A DNA stretch of 64,000 nt from Chamaesiphon sp. (GTDB lineage Bacteria > Cyanobacteriota > Cyanobacteriia > Cyanobacteriales > Chamaesiphonaceae), in assembly GCA_965246715.1 (NCBI GenBank), contig CBDFFH010000020.1:32001-96000 (forward strand). The letters run 5' to 3'. Numbering within the stretch: position 1 is the first letter of the stretch; the number at the start of each line of letters is the position of its first letter. The position numbers and the translations under genes are program-made. Below, one piece after another: positions 1 to 9,381 of this stretch. The notes below the pieces were generated by a model, which searched no databases, was not told where the DNA came from, and saw nothing but the letters and a program-made list of their open reading frames with translations.

Positions 1-207
1 GCCTCAGAATATGGAAAAATCGGCTCTGATGTCGGCGCATCAATGGGATAGGACTGACACAAAGCCACAGTACAATTAGGAGGTTCGCCGTTTAAATAGA
101 CCTCCATATATTTGCAGTCAATTGTGCTGGGATTTATGTATGACTTTTCGGTTCCCTAGCTGCGCTGTTATTTGTGGACTCTAAAAGTCGTGGATTTAAG
201 CGGTTTA

Positions 208-1104
208 CTAAATCGCACCTAATTCTCGGAGTTTATCGATCGTTATCTGGAATCTTGAAGTGTCTTTTTGTTCTTGAAATATGCGAGCGGCTTGCCGAAA
301 GTCTTGAATCGCCCCTGTTTTGTCTTTTATTTTCTCCAATTTTAATAAACCGCGAGCGGCGTAAGCCTGAGCATGTTTAGGATCTAACTCTAGTGCCTTA
401 TTGTAGTCAGCTAATGCTCCTAACACATCATTAAGCTTGGTGTGTTTCAACAATGCACGACCCACATAAGCCTCGACATGTTTAGGATTTAATTCGAGTA
501 CCTTATTGTAATCAGCTAATGCTCCCAACGCATCATTAAGCTTTCTGTATTTTAACATACCACGAAACATATAAGCCTCGACATGTTTAGGATTTAATTC
601 GAGTACCTTATTGTAATCAGCTAATGCTCCAGAGCTATCATTAAACTGGGTCTGTTTTAACAGACCACGACTCACATAAGCCTCGACATGTTTAGGATTT
701 AATTCGAGTGCCTTATTGTAATCAGCTAATGCTCCCAATGTATTATTAAACTTGATGTGTTTCAAAACACCGCGATTAGCATAAGCCTGAGCATTTTTAG
801 AATCTAACTCGATCGCCTTGTTGTAGTCATCTAACGCTCCCAATGCATCATTAAGATTAAAGTGCTTGAAAGAACCCCGTTCTAGGTAAGCTAAAGCATT
901 TCTAGGATTTTGCTTTATTACTCGATCGAATTCAGCTAACTTAGCTACATCCGTAAGCTTATCTTCCTTTTTAATATTAGTAGCTTGAGCTATTTTCACT
1001 TTATCGTTGGCGGAGCCTCTCCACTGGAGAATCGACTGAGATAATGCAAAATTAGTATGAAATATGAGCGCACACGTACATCCCAGAATCAGTAAATATT
1101 TCAT
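208..1104 (-). CDS. Secreted tetratricopeptide-repeat protein
   Basis: N-terminal signal-like peptide; repeated 35-aa units GALADYNKxLELNPKHVEAY. Confidence 0.9.
   Translation of the reverse strand: MKYLLILGCTCALIFHTNFALSQSILQWRGSANDKVKIAQATNIKKEDKLTDVAKLAEFDRVIKQNPRNALAYLERGSFKHFNLNDALGALDDYNKAIELDSKNAQAYANRGVLKHIKFNNTLGALADYNKALELNPKHVEAYVSRGLLKQTQFNDSSGALADYNKVLELNPKHVEAYMFRGMLKYRKLNDALGALADYNKVLELNPKHVEAYVGRALLKHTKLNDVLGALADYNKALELDPKHAQAYAARGLLKLEKIKDKTGAIQDFRQAARIFQEQKDTSRFQITIDKLRELGAI
362..870. repeat. 105-bp near-identical tandem repeats encoding TPR units
   Basis: taagcctcgacatgtttaggatttaattcgagt recurs at about 467, 572 and 677, with diverged copies at about 362 and 782. Confidence 0.9.
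1007..1030. repeat. 24-bp SDR5-like mini-insertion in CG^ATCG (in-frame in TPR gene)
   Basis: tcg|ttggcggagcctctccactggaga|atcg. Confidence 0.8.
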
Positions 1105-1123
1105 AATTGGTGATAGCTTTACG

Positions 1124-1648
1124 CTATTTATTTTGTATATTCTCTAATCTAACTCTAGCCTCACCATTTTCTGTGAGATCCACAAGCTCCAGCACTATTG
1201 CCTCAATGCCAATGTGCTGATTATAACTACGTAATCCGGGTCGTTCAAATTTATCGGACATCGATCGAGGATTTACAGTATAGGCTGCAAATCTAGATAT
1301 ATAAACATTTGCCGATTCAATTACATAACATTTTGGGTATTCTTCAATATATTTAATTTTTATTTTGTATATTTTTTTATCTTTATCTTCGTGAGCTTTG
1401 TAATCGTGCATTGATAATACGAGCGAACGAACCAATTCACGGGATCTATGAGTAAATACTACTACATGCTCACCTGGTTTTAGCGTAAATGAGTCTGTTA
1501 TTTTAAATCGATTTATATTTGAAAAATTTAATAAATTAAGTTCGTTTTTTATAGGATTACAAAATGGTGAAACTGCTTTGGATTCGATCGGGGAAAACAA
1601 TATTAAATTAACGATCGCTAAAATTGACAATTGGATGGTTGTCTTCAT
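1124..1648 (-). CDS. Hypothetical protein, probably exported
   Basis: 174-aa ORF with hydrophobic N-terminal signal-like segment. Confidence 0.65.
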   Translation of the reverse strand: MKTTIQLSILAIVNLILFSPIESKAVSPFCNPIKNELNLLNFSNINRFKITDSFTLKPGEHVVVFTHRSRELVRSLVLSMHDYKAHEDKDKKIYKIKIKYIEEYPKCYVIESANVYISRFAAYTVNPRSMSDKFERPGLRSYNQHIGIEAIVLELVDLTENGEARVRLENIQNK

Positions 1649-1774
1649 AAGTAGATCTTCGATTTGAGCTAAATGATTTCAAAAGATTGCTAAGTAGGTA
1701 GTAGGTAGAGGTAATTATCTATTAAATGGATTATGTCTGAAACGTAGCTAGCGGACAGTGCCCACCCTACTTTA

Positions 1775-2239
1775 CTAAAAGTGAAGAGTTCCTACAAGAC
1801 CAAATTGACGATCGTATACATTTGAACTTCCATCAAAAGTGTACACGCGACCCCAGAGTGAAATTTCTCCTCTGTCAGGATTGGCGTTAGCATAAGTGGC
1901 ACTAATCACCGATCTTGACTGCTCATTAAAACCACGAGTTGTGTACTTACCATTAGAATATGTGACTTGATAAGTTTCGCCAGCTTTCAACGTTCCCATT
2001 GGATCTGTGTTGCCTGTCCAACCAGAATCATCAAATTTGCGACCTACTTTGTCAAAGCTAACTGTGAAATTTTTGCCTGATTTAATGTGGTTAATGGTAC
2101 TGACACCACCTATACTATCGATCAGACAAGGCTCTACCAAACAAGCCTGGACTGACTTTGATCCGATAAAAATTATCCCTGCAAAGATCGAGGTGATGGC
2201 TATTACTCTCTTCATTCTGCCCAACATTTTTTCCTCCAA
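1775..2239 (-). CDS. Hypothetical exported protein
   Basis: Signal peptide ending SVQA; beta-rich mature part. Confidence 0.7.
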   Translation of the reverse strand: MEEKMLGRMKRVIAITSIFAGIIFIGSKSVQACLVEPCLIDSIGGVSTINHIKSGKNFTVSFDKVGRKFDDSGWTGNTDPMGTLKAGETYQVTYSNGKYTTRGFNEQSRSVISATYANANPDRGEISLWGRVYTFDGSSNVYDRQFGLVGTLHF

Positions 2240-2291
2240 ATGCGGTGAATTTTAATGATATTGTTGGATGAAAATTTTTAAAACATTTTTG

Positions 2292-2404
2292 GGCGTTGCT
2301 GAATCCAAGTATGATAACTACTTCCTTCTATCCTCAAAAACCTTGGTAGGGGCAATTCATGAATTGCCCCTACCAAGGTTTTCATACCTTAAATCAGCAA
2401 CGCC
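2292..2404. mobile_element. 113-bp MITE carrying a GTAG-type REP palindrome
   Basis: TIR ggcgttgctga..gtatga / tcatac..tcagcaacgcc; 8-bp direct repeat CATTTTTG at 2284-2291 and 2405-2412; internal palindrome aaaaccttggtaggggcaattcatgaattgcccctaccaaggtttt. Confidence 0.85.
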
Positions 2405-2547
2405 CATTTTTGCATTTTTTAGATAACATCATCTTGTCTTCCTAGTTGTACATGTATTCGAGCGATCGTATAACTCGTTGATTTACTGACAAGAGCGATC
2501 GCTTCCTCGGATTGGCGAATTTAGTGCGACCGCTGTTCCTATTAAAC

Positions 2548-3129
2548 TTAGCTACAAGCTTGAGTCGCTGCGTCTTCACTGACATCAGTACGCACATCTT
2601 GTGTTTGCCAACCAGCAAATCCTTCTTGTGGAATAGAACTACACCTTGGAAAACCAGTACGAGTACAAACTAGTTTTCGAGTGTACAATAACTGGCGCAT
2701 ACAATTAGCAACAGCTTCTGGCGAACGAGTCGGTTTAGTTTGGACTGGTACTAATATCACTCCAGGGTTTGAGGATGGTGCATCGCGAGCGATCGCACAA
2801 GCCTGAATTGCTGTTTCTTCGCTAGTTTGAGTACGTTGGGAATTGGAGTTCGAGGTTGCGGGTGTGTAAAGTAAAGAGTTAAAACAGCTTTGCACAGACT
2901 GTGACTCTTGTTCGGTTTTTACTCCCCCACAAACTTTACTAGCAGTTTGTTCGCTAATTTGAGTTCGTTGGGAATTGGAGTTAGAGGTTGCGGGTGTGTA
3001 AAGTAAAGAGTTAATGCAGTCGCTAGTAGGTGTTCCAGCAAAAGCGGCTGGGCTGGTTATTAGGTTTGCAGCTACGGAATTGAGTAGAGTTAATGATAGG
3101 AGGACAAACTTTGTTGTTTTCATTTCCAA
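2548..3129 (-). CDS. Secreted Cys-containing protein with internal duplicated repeat
   Basis: Signal peptide (..PAAFA); repeat SCxNSLLYTPATSNSNSQRTQ twice at 132-bp spacing. Confidence 0.75.
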   Translation of the reverse strand: MEMKTTKFVLLSLTLLNSVAANLITSPAAFAGTPTSDCINSLLYTPATSNSNSQRTQISEQTASKVCGGVKTEQESQSVQSCFNSLLYTPATSNSNSQRTQTSEETAIQACAIARDAPSSNPGVILVPVQTKPTRSPEAVANCMRQLLYTRKLVCTRTGFPRCSSIPQEGFAGWQTQDVRTDVSEDAATQACS

Positions 3130-3403
3130 AAAGGTGTTAGTGGCTTTTGCTTGCCCTAACTCAAGTGATAACCCAAGGTCGATCGCTTATGTCATCGCTT
3201 AAGCGTTGGATAGACAAGCTATAGTTATCTACTTAAATTGGTTGATACATGTATTCTTCTTTCTTCTTCCTGCTAAAGATAGAGGAATTCACGCACATAA
3301 AATTGCGGGTTCGCGCAAGTTTTCGATCGCCACATCAGCTAAAATGGAAAATGCTTCCCCGTTACTTGGTATTAGTCTTTATTTATTGGTGCAAGATGTG
3401 AGC

Positions 3404-3811
3404 TTATTCTTTATTTTTCTTCCAATAATCAACTACTAATTGGAGGAAAGCACGAACATCCCGTTCGTTTTGCTGCAAATCAAGAATATCACATACATTT
3501 TGCGTTGGCTTCTGTAACTCCTGTGTGATTTCTTCTATTAATAAAGGAATGTCACCCGCTCTTTGTTCGAGAAATTGTTCGGCTATTCGTTGGTAAGCAT
3601 CTTGCGGATAGCGTTCAAAGATAATACCATACAAAACGATACCGATCGGACTGAGCCAACGGTCGCAAAGCCCTTGACCGAGCTTCTGAGCAAAATGGCG
3701 TGAACAACTCGGACATTCGTAGAATGTAATCTCTTGAGTGGATGTGGATATAACTCTCAACTGTACGGTTTCGCAACGCAGACAATTTTGTCGAGATCGA
3801 GCATTCTTCAT
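3404..3811 (-). CDS. Hypothetical protein with N-terminal CxxC..CxxC zinc ribbon
   Basis: CLRC and CPSC motifs; 135 aa. Confidence 0.65.
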   Translation of the reverse strand: MKNARSRQNCLRCETVQLRVISTSTQEITFYECPSCSRHFAQKLGQGLCDRWLSPIGIVLYGIIFERYPQDAYQRIAEQFLEQRAGDIPLLIEEITQELQKPTQNVCDILDLQQNERDVRAFLQLVVDYWKKNKE

Positions 3812-4189
3812 CTTAATTTTGAGGCACTAGTAGTGTGTCAAGGCGTTGCTGGATTGAGGTACGATCGAAAGCGATCGACAATAATCATACGGCAGGCTTT
3901 GCCAACGCCAACAAATCGACAGCCTGTTTCTATACTTATGATGCGATCGCCGAATGGACAGAGAAATATGGTGATGGTAATTTAAAAGCTAATTTTAGAT
4001 CTAATGAATATGGTGTGTTCATATTATATTCGGATTCAATTCATCTTGTTTACTAAAAATCGCACCAATAGGAGATAAATTTTAAGCTGATAGATTTTAA
4101 AGAGATCGATCTTACTCCCATTATTCACTTATTAGTGAGTAGCGATCGAGTTGGCTTCGCCTGATGAGAGTGAAGTTTATCACAAAAAA

Positions 4190-4537
4190 ATGTCCGCCAT
4201 CAATGAAATTCTCCTGCCAGTATTGCTGTTTGTTGTCTACTTTTCTCTTGCAATTCAATTTCTGCCACAACTTCCAACTGCGATGGTCTCTGACCTACCA
4301 CAGGTCGAAGAGCAAGTAAATCCGGTGGTAGAGATTATCCAAGCTAACGATCTCGTAAATGCTGTAATTAGTCGCGATTGGTTAGAAACTCAATCTCTAG
4401 CCAACCTCAAAGCGATCTCGGCTGAACTCTGCATTACTCCTAATGGTGATAAGCGATCGAAACTTACTTGGATTGATGCGATCGCTTCTACCACTCCCGA
4501 AAATACCGTGCTAGCAGTTAATCTTTGCTACGCCTAA
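4190..4537 (+). CDS. Hypothetical protein with N-terminal TM helix and short C-terminal helical (Rho-N/SAP-like) motif
   Basis: ILLPVLLFVVYFSLAI segment; SLANLKAISAELCI..KLTWIDAI. Confidence 0.6.
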   Translation: MSAINEILLPVLLFVVYFSLAIQFLPQLPTAMVSDLPQVEEQVNPVVEIIQANDLVNAVISRDWLETQSLANLKAISAELCITPNGDKRSKLTWIDAIASTTPENTVLAVNLCYA

Positions 4538-4627
4538 TGAAAGTGAAATCGATCTTTATTCGTTTAAAGGTTGGCTTTGCTGCGCTTTGTATTCACGAAA
4601 ATTATTCACCCATCTCAGGAAAATTCT

Positions 4628-5075
4628 ATGTTTGTTACTCTTTCTGGTCGTACTGGTCGCGCTACTTCTACTGCTGATGTTCCTCGTAAAGATGGTACTG
4701 GTTACTTTCAAATCTCTGACACAGCCTTAGCTGTCAAAGTTACCGAAGATGCCACCGATTGGTATCAGTTAAAATTCGTCGGCGATGCACTAGTCAAAGC
4801 TGCTAGTTTCCTCACTAAAGGCTGTCTTATTTGGGAGCATCCCACTTTTTATTAGTTGTTTGTAGAATAAAGTATCAAGAACCAGTCATCAGGCTATTCA
4901 GCGATCGTACTTATTTTATCTTTGAGAATTTTAAAAAGTGGGATGCTCCCGTCTTATTTCCGTTACAGGCGATCTGACATTCGAGTCTTGGACTAACGAA
5001 GACGGCGTACTCAAAGCTAAACCTGTCGTTACTATTTCAGAAATTCAAATACCTCCTAGATCTCAAGTTATTTAG
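4628..5075 (+). pseudogene. ssb: Single-stranded DNA-binding protein interrupted by a MITE
   Basis: Removing 4833-4959 restores MFVTLSGRTG..TDWYQLKFVG..FLTKGCLISVTGDLTFESWTNEDG..KPVVTISEIQI, a typical SSB OB-fold pattern. Confidence 0.8.
4833..4950. mobile_element. 118-bp MITE
   Basis: Perfect 19-bp TIR gggagcatcccacttttta; 9-bp target duplication GTCTTATTT at 4824-4832 and 4951-4959. Confidence 0.92.
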
Positions 5076-5214
5076 TTCTGCTTATACGGGAGTAGCAGGG
5101 TGGGGGAGTATGGGAGTATGGGAGTAAGTAATAAACACACCCCAACATCCTCACTTCCCCACCCCGCTTCGCTTTGTAATATTGAAAATTATTCACCTCA
5201 CTCGGAGAACTTCC

Positions 5215-5658
5215 ATGCGTACTTTCACTGCTAACTTCTTTATCCTCTCCGCTCAAATCGGCGATACAACCATTGCTGGTACTGCCATCGATGGCGATAT
5301 TAAAGTTAACTTTGCCGTTGCTGCTACTGATGTCAATCAACGCTTATTCGTACCAGAATCTAACTTGGTTGTAGCTGGTAAATTCCGCTTAGGTAAAGAG
5401 CTTGCCACCATTGGTGTATGGATTTCCAAGATTATTGCTGTCGTGTCTATTCCAGCACCCGTATCTGCTGAAGTTGAAGTACTCGCACTCGAACCAGTCG
5501 AATCAACAATTATTGATGATGCTAAATCGATCGCTGTAGAACTCGCTCCTGTAACTGAAGTTACTGAAACGAGCGTTCCACTTACACCCGCACAAAAACG
5601 TGCTGCTACTATTGCGGCAAATAAAGTTAAAGCTGAATCTGCGATCGCCACTTGCTAA
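5215..5658 (+). CDS. Hypothetical protein
   Basis: GGAG RBS then ATG; beta-rich N-terminus, low-complexity C-terminus. Confidence 0.7.
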   Translation: MRTFTANFFILSAQIGDTTIAGTAIDGDIKVNFAVAATDVNQRLFVPESNLVVAGKFRLGKELATIGVWISKIIAVVSIPAPVSAEVEVLALEPVESTIIDDAKSIAVELAPVTEVTETSVPLTPAQKRAATIAANKVKAESAIATC

Positions 5659-5664
5659 ATCTCC

Positions 5665-5694
5665 ATTGCTTGCTAGTAATTACTAGCAAGCAAT
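5665..5694. terminator. 30-bp perfect palindrome after stop codon (terminator or ssDNA hairpin)
   Basis: attgcttgctagtaattactagcaagcaat. Confidence 0.55.
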
Positions 5695-5816
5695 TTATTT
5701 ATGTGCTTCGCTTAGTAATTATGAGAAATAGCAAGAGTTAGTTTGCTGCTAACTCTTGCTATTTTTGTCAATAAAAAAGGTCGCAAAACGACCAAAATTA
5801 TAATTAACGAAATTCC

Positions 5817-6248
5817 ATGTTAACTCAGCCACCTTCTCTCGAACAAGCTTTCACCTTCACTGACTTGCTCCCAGGCTTAGTTATCTGTAACGCACCTGCT
5901 GAAGATCCTCACGGGTGGGGTAATGCCCACGCAGATGAACCCGCATTCTTAGTTTATCTGGGATACAACATCCCCCAGGAGCGAGATGAGTGGATCGCTC
6001 GATTACGCTTGATTTGGGGCATCTGTGGTGAGATTGTCTACCGTCCGAGCCAACGTGTTTCAGGTTACTGGCACGAGATTAAGATTCGGGAAATGCAGCG
6101 TCATTCAGATCCGGCTGTGTTCGATCTCGACTATTTGAGTGAGTCAATGAGTTATGGGTTGGACTTTCTGGTTCACATGCGACAGCAAGAATTAGAAGCC
6201 ACTGCTTATGAGGAAATGGCAACATCACGGTTGTTAACATCACGCTGA
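5817..6248 (+). CDS. Hypothetical protein
   Basis: 143-aa ORF in the co-oriented block. Confidence 0.7.
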   Translation: MLTQPPSLEQAFTFTDLLPGLVICNAPAEDPHGWGNAHADEPAFLVYLGYNIPQERDEWIARLRLIWGICGEIVYRPSQRVSGYWHEIKIREMQRHSDPAVFDLDYLSESMSYGLDFLVHMRQQELEATAYEEMATSRLLTSR

Positions 6249-6428
6249 TTCACTATCTTTTCGCTGCAATTAAATCCCTAGCACCAATAAAATTGGTGCT
6301 TTTTCATCCCAATTACTGCTGGAACTCCACCGCTTCGCTTGGTAATAGCGAACGCTGGTACCTCTAGCCTCAACTAATCCCATCAGTCTCAACAATTGGT
6401 GTTTTCATTCACATTATCTAGGAAATTC

Positions 6429-7469
6429 ATGACCACTACTACTAGTCGATATCTCACCGATGCACTACCAGCTACCGATTTCTCCTATCCTTACGCCCAA
6501 GCGTTGCGCGGCGAAAATCCCGCCCAATATGGATATTTTGTGCCTCTGAGTCAAGCTGAGAAGGCTGGCTGGAAGAACCTCGAAGGTACCGAAATGACCG
6601 AGTACGCTTACAACAGTGGACAAACCGAGGTGGGGATCTTGCTCCAGAAACCTCGAATGATCCTCACTCCCATCTGTCAACTGGGGGCATTCGATCGCCA
6701 AGCCAGTCAAACCGAGCAAACTCTAGTCGTACTGGGTGAATGGGATCGTGCCAAGCACGGTAACGATCCTAACGCTGGTAACTTCCAAATCTTCTTGGTG
6801 ATGTTTATGGATGCTAACAAGCAGCCACTCCATGATATTCCACTCCGACTGTTCGCCAAGGGTTCTCACCAAGCGACTTTATCGATCGAGTGGCAGAAAT
6901 TTTGCACCTCAGTAGCGCGTTGTCAAGCAGAAGCAAACAAGACTTTATTCCGCCCTAAGAATGAAGTTTTCAATGCCCTGTGCATCTTTGCGCCGATTAT
7001 CATTCGCAAATCTGTCGGCGATAAAGTCAAATCCCCTGCCTGTTATATCGATGGCTACGTCCATCCAACTGTTCTGAACTGGCAGGATTTCTATATGGGC
7101 ACTGACGAACGGCTTGCCGATGCCATTATCGATATTCTCAACCCTCGATCGCGCTCATTGCTCTCACCGCCCACTGCTGGGACGATTATGCTGGCACCTG
7201 CCATAGAATCAGATCCCCAAATCCTTCAGCCCGCGCCAGCGGTAGTAACTGCTGCTTCTACTCCCCTAGTAGAGGATAACAGCAATGCGATCGATGTAGC
7301 TTCATCCCCCGTGGCTGAAGAATCAGCACCCGCACCAACTATTCCCACCACTCCGGTTGTGACTAAGACTAAACCAGCACCCGCACCGGAGTATATCGAT
7401 CCGCCTGAGTTTGAGGACGATGATGAATTTGAAGACGATAAGGTTCCAGAGGATGAGATTCCCTTTTAG
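6429..7469 (+). CDS. DUF5895-like cyanobacterial plasmid protein with acidic SSB-like C-terminal tail
   Basis: PYAQALRGE..YGYFVP..AGW pattern (family recalled, not searched); Pro/Ala linker; ends EDDDEFEDDKVPEDEIPF. Confidence 0.7.
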   Translation: MTTTTSRYLTDALPATDFSYPYAQALRGENPAQYGYFVPLSQAEKAGWKNLEGTEMTEYAYNSGQTEVGILLQKPRMILTPICQLGAFDRQASQTEQTLVVLGEWDRAKHGNDPNAGNFQIFLVMFMDANKQPLHDIPLRLFAKGSHQATLSIEWQKFCTSVARCQAEANKTLFRPKNEVFNALCIFAPIIIRKSVGDKVKSPACYIDGYVHPTVLNWQDFYMGTDERLADAIIDILNPRSRSLLSPPTAGTIMLAPAIESDPQILQPAPAVVTAASTPLVEDNSNAIDVASSPVAEESAPAPTIPTTPVVTKTKPAPAPEYIDPPEFEDDDEFEDDKVPEDEIPF

Positions 7470-7472
7470 CCA

Positions 7473-8339
7473 ATGCCCCAACCAGTCGTTCTCGCCGACT
7501 ATAAGGATGCTTTGACACCTTACCGCAGCTACCGAGAACGTTATTACTGTCCTGTTTGCAACGGGCACAATCTTACTTTTTCTACCACAGGTGCCTGGAT
7601 GTGTTGGAACGAGCCTACCAGAGAGCATAGGGTTGAGATTATGGCTCGACTAGTACCAAACTTTAAACAGTTCGCCCGTAGAGTCAAGTCAGAACCTTGT
7701 CCTGTCATCATCCCCCGCATCCATCCCGCTCGACTCCACTTTCCTTTGATGAAAGATGAGCATTTGGCTGAAACGATTCCCCAAAGGGGACGCTTCGCGA
7801 ACGGGGGGCGAACAGTTTATTGGTATTCCGACAAGCAAAGGGTGGTGCGGATCGATTATCGCACGGACAAAGTAATTTTTCCTCAATCCTTCAATGGTAA
7901 GGAGTGGCTCGATGGTGCTGGCTCAAATCCTTGGATACCCTACGGATTATCCAGGTTGCTCCCATATCCAGGCAAGATTAACCTCGTCCTAGTTGTGGAG
8001 GGTCAAAAGTCTGTTGAGATTGCCCACAGTCGCGGCATCCCAGCTTTTTGTTTGGAATCTGGTGACTATTCCAATCGAACTGCTTTCGATAAGCTCCGAG
8101 TGGTTAAAGAGCGGTTGGGGCGAGTTTTGTTGGTGGTGCTACCAGATTACGATCTCGCTGGTACTTATAAAGCAGAGCGGATCGTCCATACCGCTCGTTA
8201 TTTCTCATTGCCAACATTGTTACTCGATCCTCTGCAAATTGAGTCGAATCTGAAAGTTGCTGATGATATCGAGCAAATGCCGAGTCTCGATGCCGATCGA
8301 TTCATGGAAATTGTCAAACGAATGCTTTCTCTGCCTTAA
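7473..8339 (+). CDS. Primase-like protein (zinc finger + Toprim)
   Basis: YYCPVCNGH..WMCWN zinc-binding region; LVVEGQK and PDYD Toprim motifs; contains a 24-bp mini-insertion at 7778-7801. Confidence 0.7.
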   Translation: MPQPVVLADYKDALTPYRSYRERYYCPVCNGHNLTFSTTGAWMCWNEPTREHRVEIMARLVPNFKQFARRVKSEPCPVIIPRIHPARLHFPLMKDEHLAETIPQRGRFANGGRTVYWYSDKQRVVRIDYRTDKVIFPQSFNGKEWLDGAGSNPWIPYGLSRLLPYPGKINLVLVVEGQKSVEIAHSRGIPAFCLESGDYSNRTAFDKLRVVKERLGRVLLVVLPDYDLAGTYKAERIVHTARYFSLPTLLLDPLQIESNLKVADDIEQMPSLDADRFMEIVKRMLSLP

Positions 8340-8448
8340 ACAAGAAGAAAGCAAGTCTGTAGACCCGCCTTCTTATTGTTTGCGAGCGATTTTGTCTTTA
8401 CCAAAATTACTCACTTATCCAATTATTTACAAGGATTTTAAAAATTAC

Positions 8449-8598
8449 ATGAATGCTCTTATTATACCAGTTCCGGTTGCTGAAAATCTCAGTGGAGTAA
8501 CTGAATTTTCTAGTCTTGCCGATGAAGAACAACAGCTAGCACACCAAGAACAGTTAATGCTCGATCAGGAGATTTATTACCAAGATTCTCCGTACTAA
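8449..8598 (+). CDS. Small acidic hypothetical protein (49 aa)
   Basis: ATG-initiated part of ORF 8257-8598; contains no Lys or Arg. Confidence 0.45.
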   Translation: MNALIIPVPVAENLSGVTEFSSLADEEQQLAHQEQLMLDQEIYYQDSPY

Positions 8599-8672
8599 TC
8601 GCTTTGGATATGTGCTGCAAAGCTTGTATCGGCTTTGCAGATTTTTGTCAACTACTACCACATTGTAAAATC

Positions 8673-9381
8673 ATGAAAACTGGACGCACGATTGTCGAAT
8701 TAGCTCAAGAATTATTAGACCAGCAGGAAACCAAACGAGATTTCCATGCCAGCACCAAAAGTTTGACAATGGTGCCTAGTGGAAAATTTCAATTGGAAAC
8801 AACCAGCGGTTTAGAATTAATGCCAGCTACTAGTTATGCTCATGCACAGATGGCATCTAAGCTCAGTATTCCGAAAGTTTATTACGATCGAATGATGAAG
8901 CAGTCTCCAGATCTTTTGGCGGAAAATGTCAACCACTGGTTGGATGAACGGCAAGATGAAACGAGTCTCATTCGTACTCTGCGCGGTCAACTGCGGGCAT
9001 TTTTGAGTAGTCGATATCGGATTGTTGATAATCATGACATTCTCGCAATGGTACTACCAGAACTCAGTGAGATGGGTAGTGGGATTAAAATTGCAAGTTG
9101 CCAAGTAACCGACGAAAGAATGTATCTCAAGGTCATAAACACAGATATCGAAGCGGCAATTGCTGTCGGCGATCCAGTTCAAGCTGGCTTTATTTTGAGT
9201 AATGGTGAAATCGGGAATAGTTCGATTTCTGTTGAACCATTTATCATGAGGCTTGTGTGTACTAATGGTCTAATTCTCAAAGATAAGAAGCAACGCAAAA
9301 ATCATGCCGGACGTAGTGCTGAAAATAGCGATTTATATGCCATTGATACTATTCAAGCGATCGATGATGCTTTCAAGCTAA
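8673..9381 (+). pseudogene. DUF932-family protein truncated by IS5
   Basis: RAFLSSRYRIVDN, SNGEIG and RLVCTNGL motifs; reading frame runs into the IS end. Confidence 0.8.

Larger units (their letters stand above)
4154..6352 (+). promoter_or_regulatory. Conserved upstream motif GCTKCGC-N11-GAR, five copies (4154, 4579, 5166, 5705, 6332)
   Basis: One copy precedes each of five consecutive genes; the 4579 and 5166 copies both lie 49 nt before ATG and share gaaaattattcacc. Confidence 0.6.

Noticed and set aside
362..870. Regularly spaced repeats resembling a CRISPR array
   Set aside because: The 105-bp period is in frame within a TPR gene, the intervening segments are homologous to each other, and there are no cas genes.
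5088..5166. GGGAGTA(T) short tandem repeats followed by C-rich complement
   Set aside because: Typical cyanobacterial short tandem repeat or intergenic hairpin; no evidence of a distinct function.
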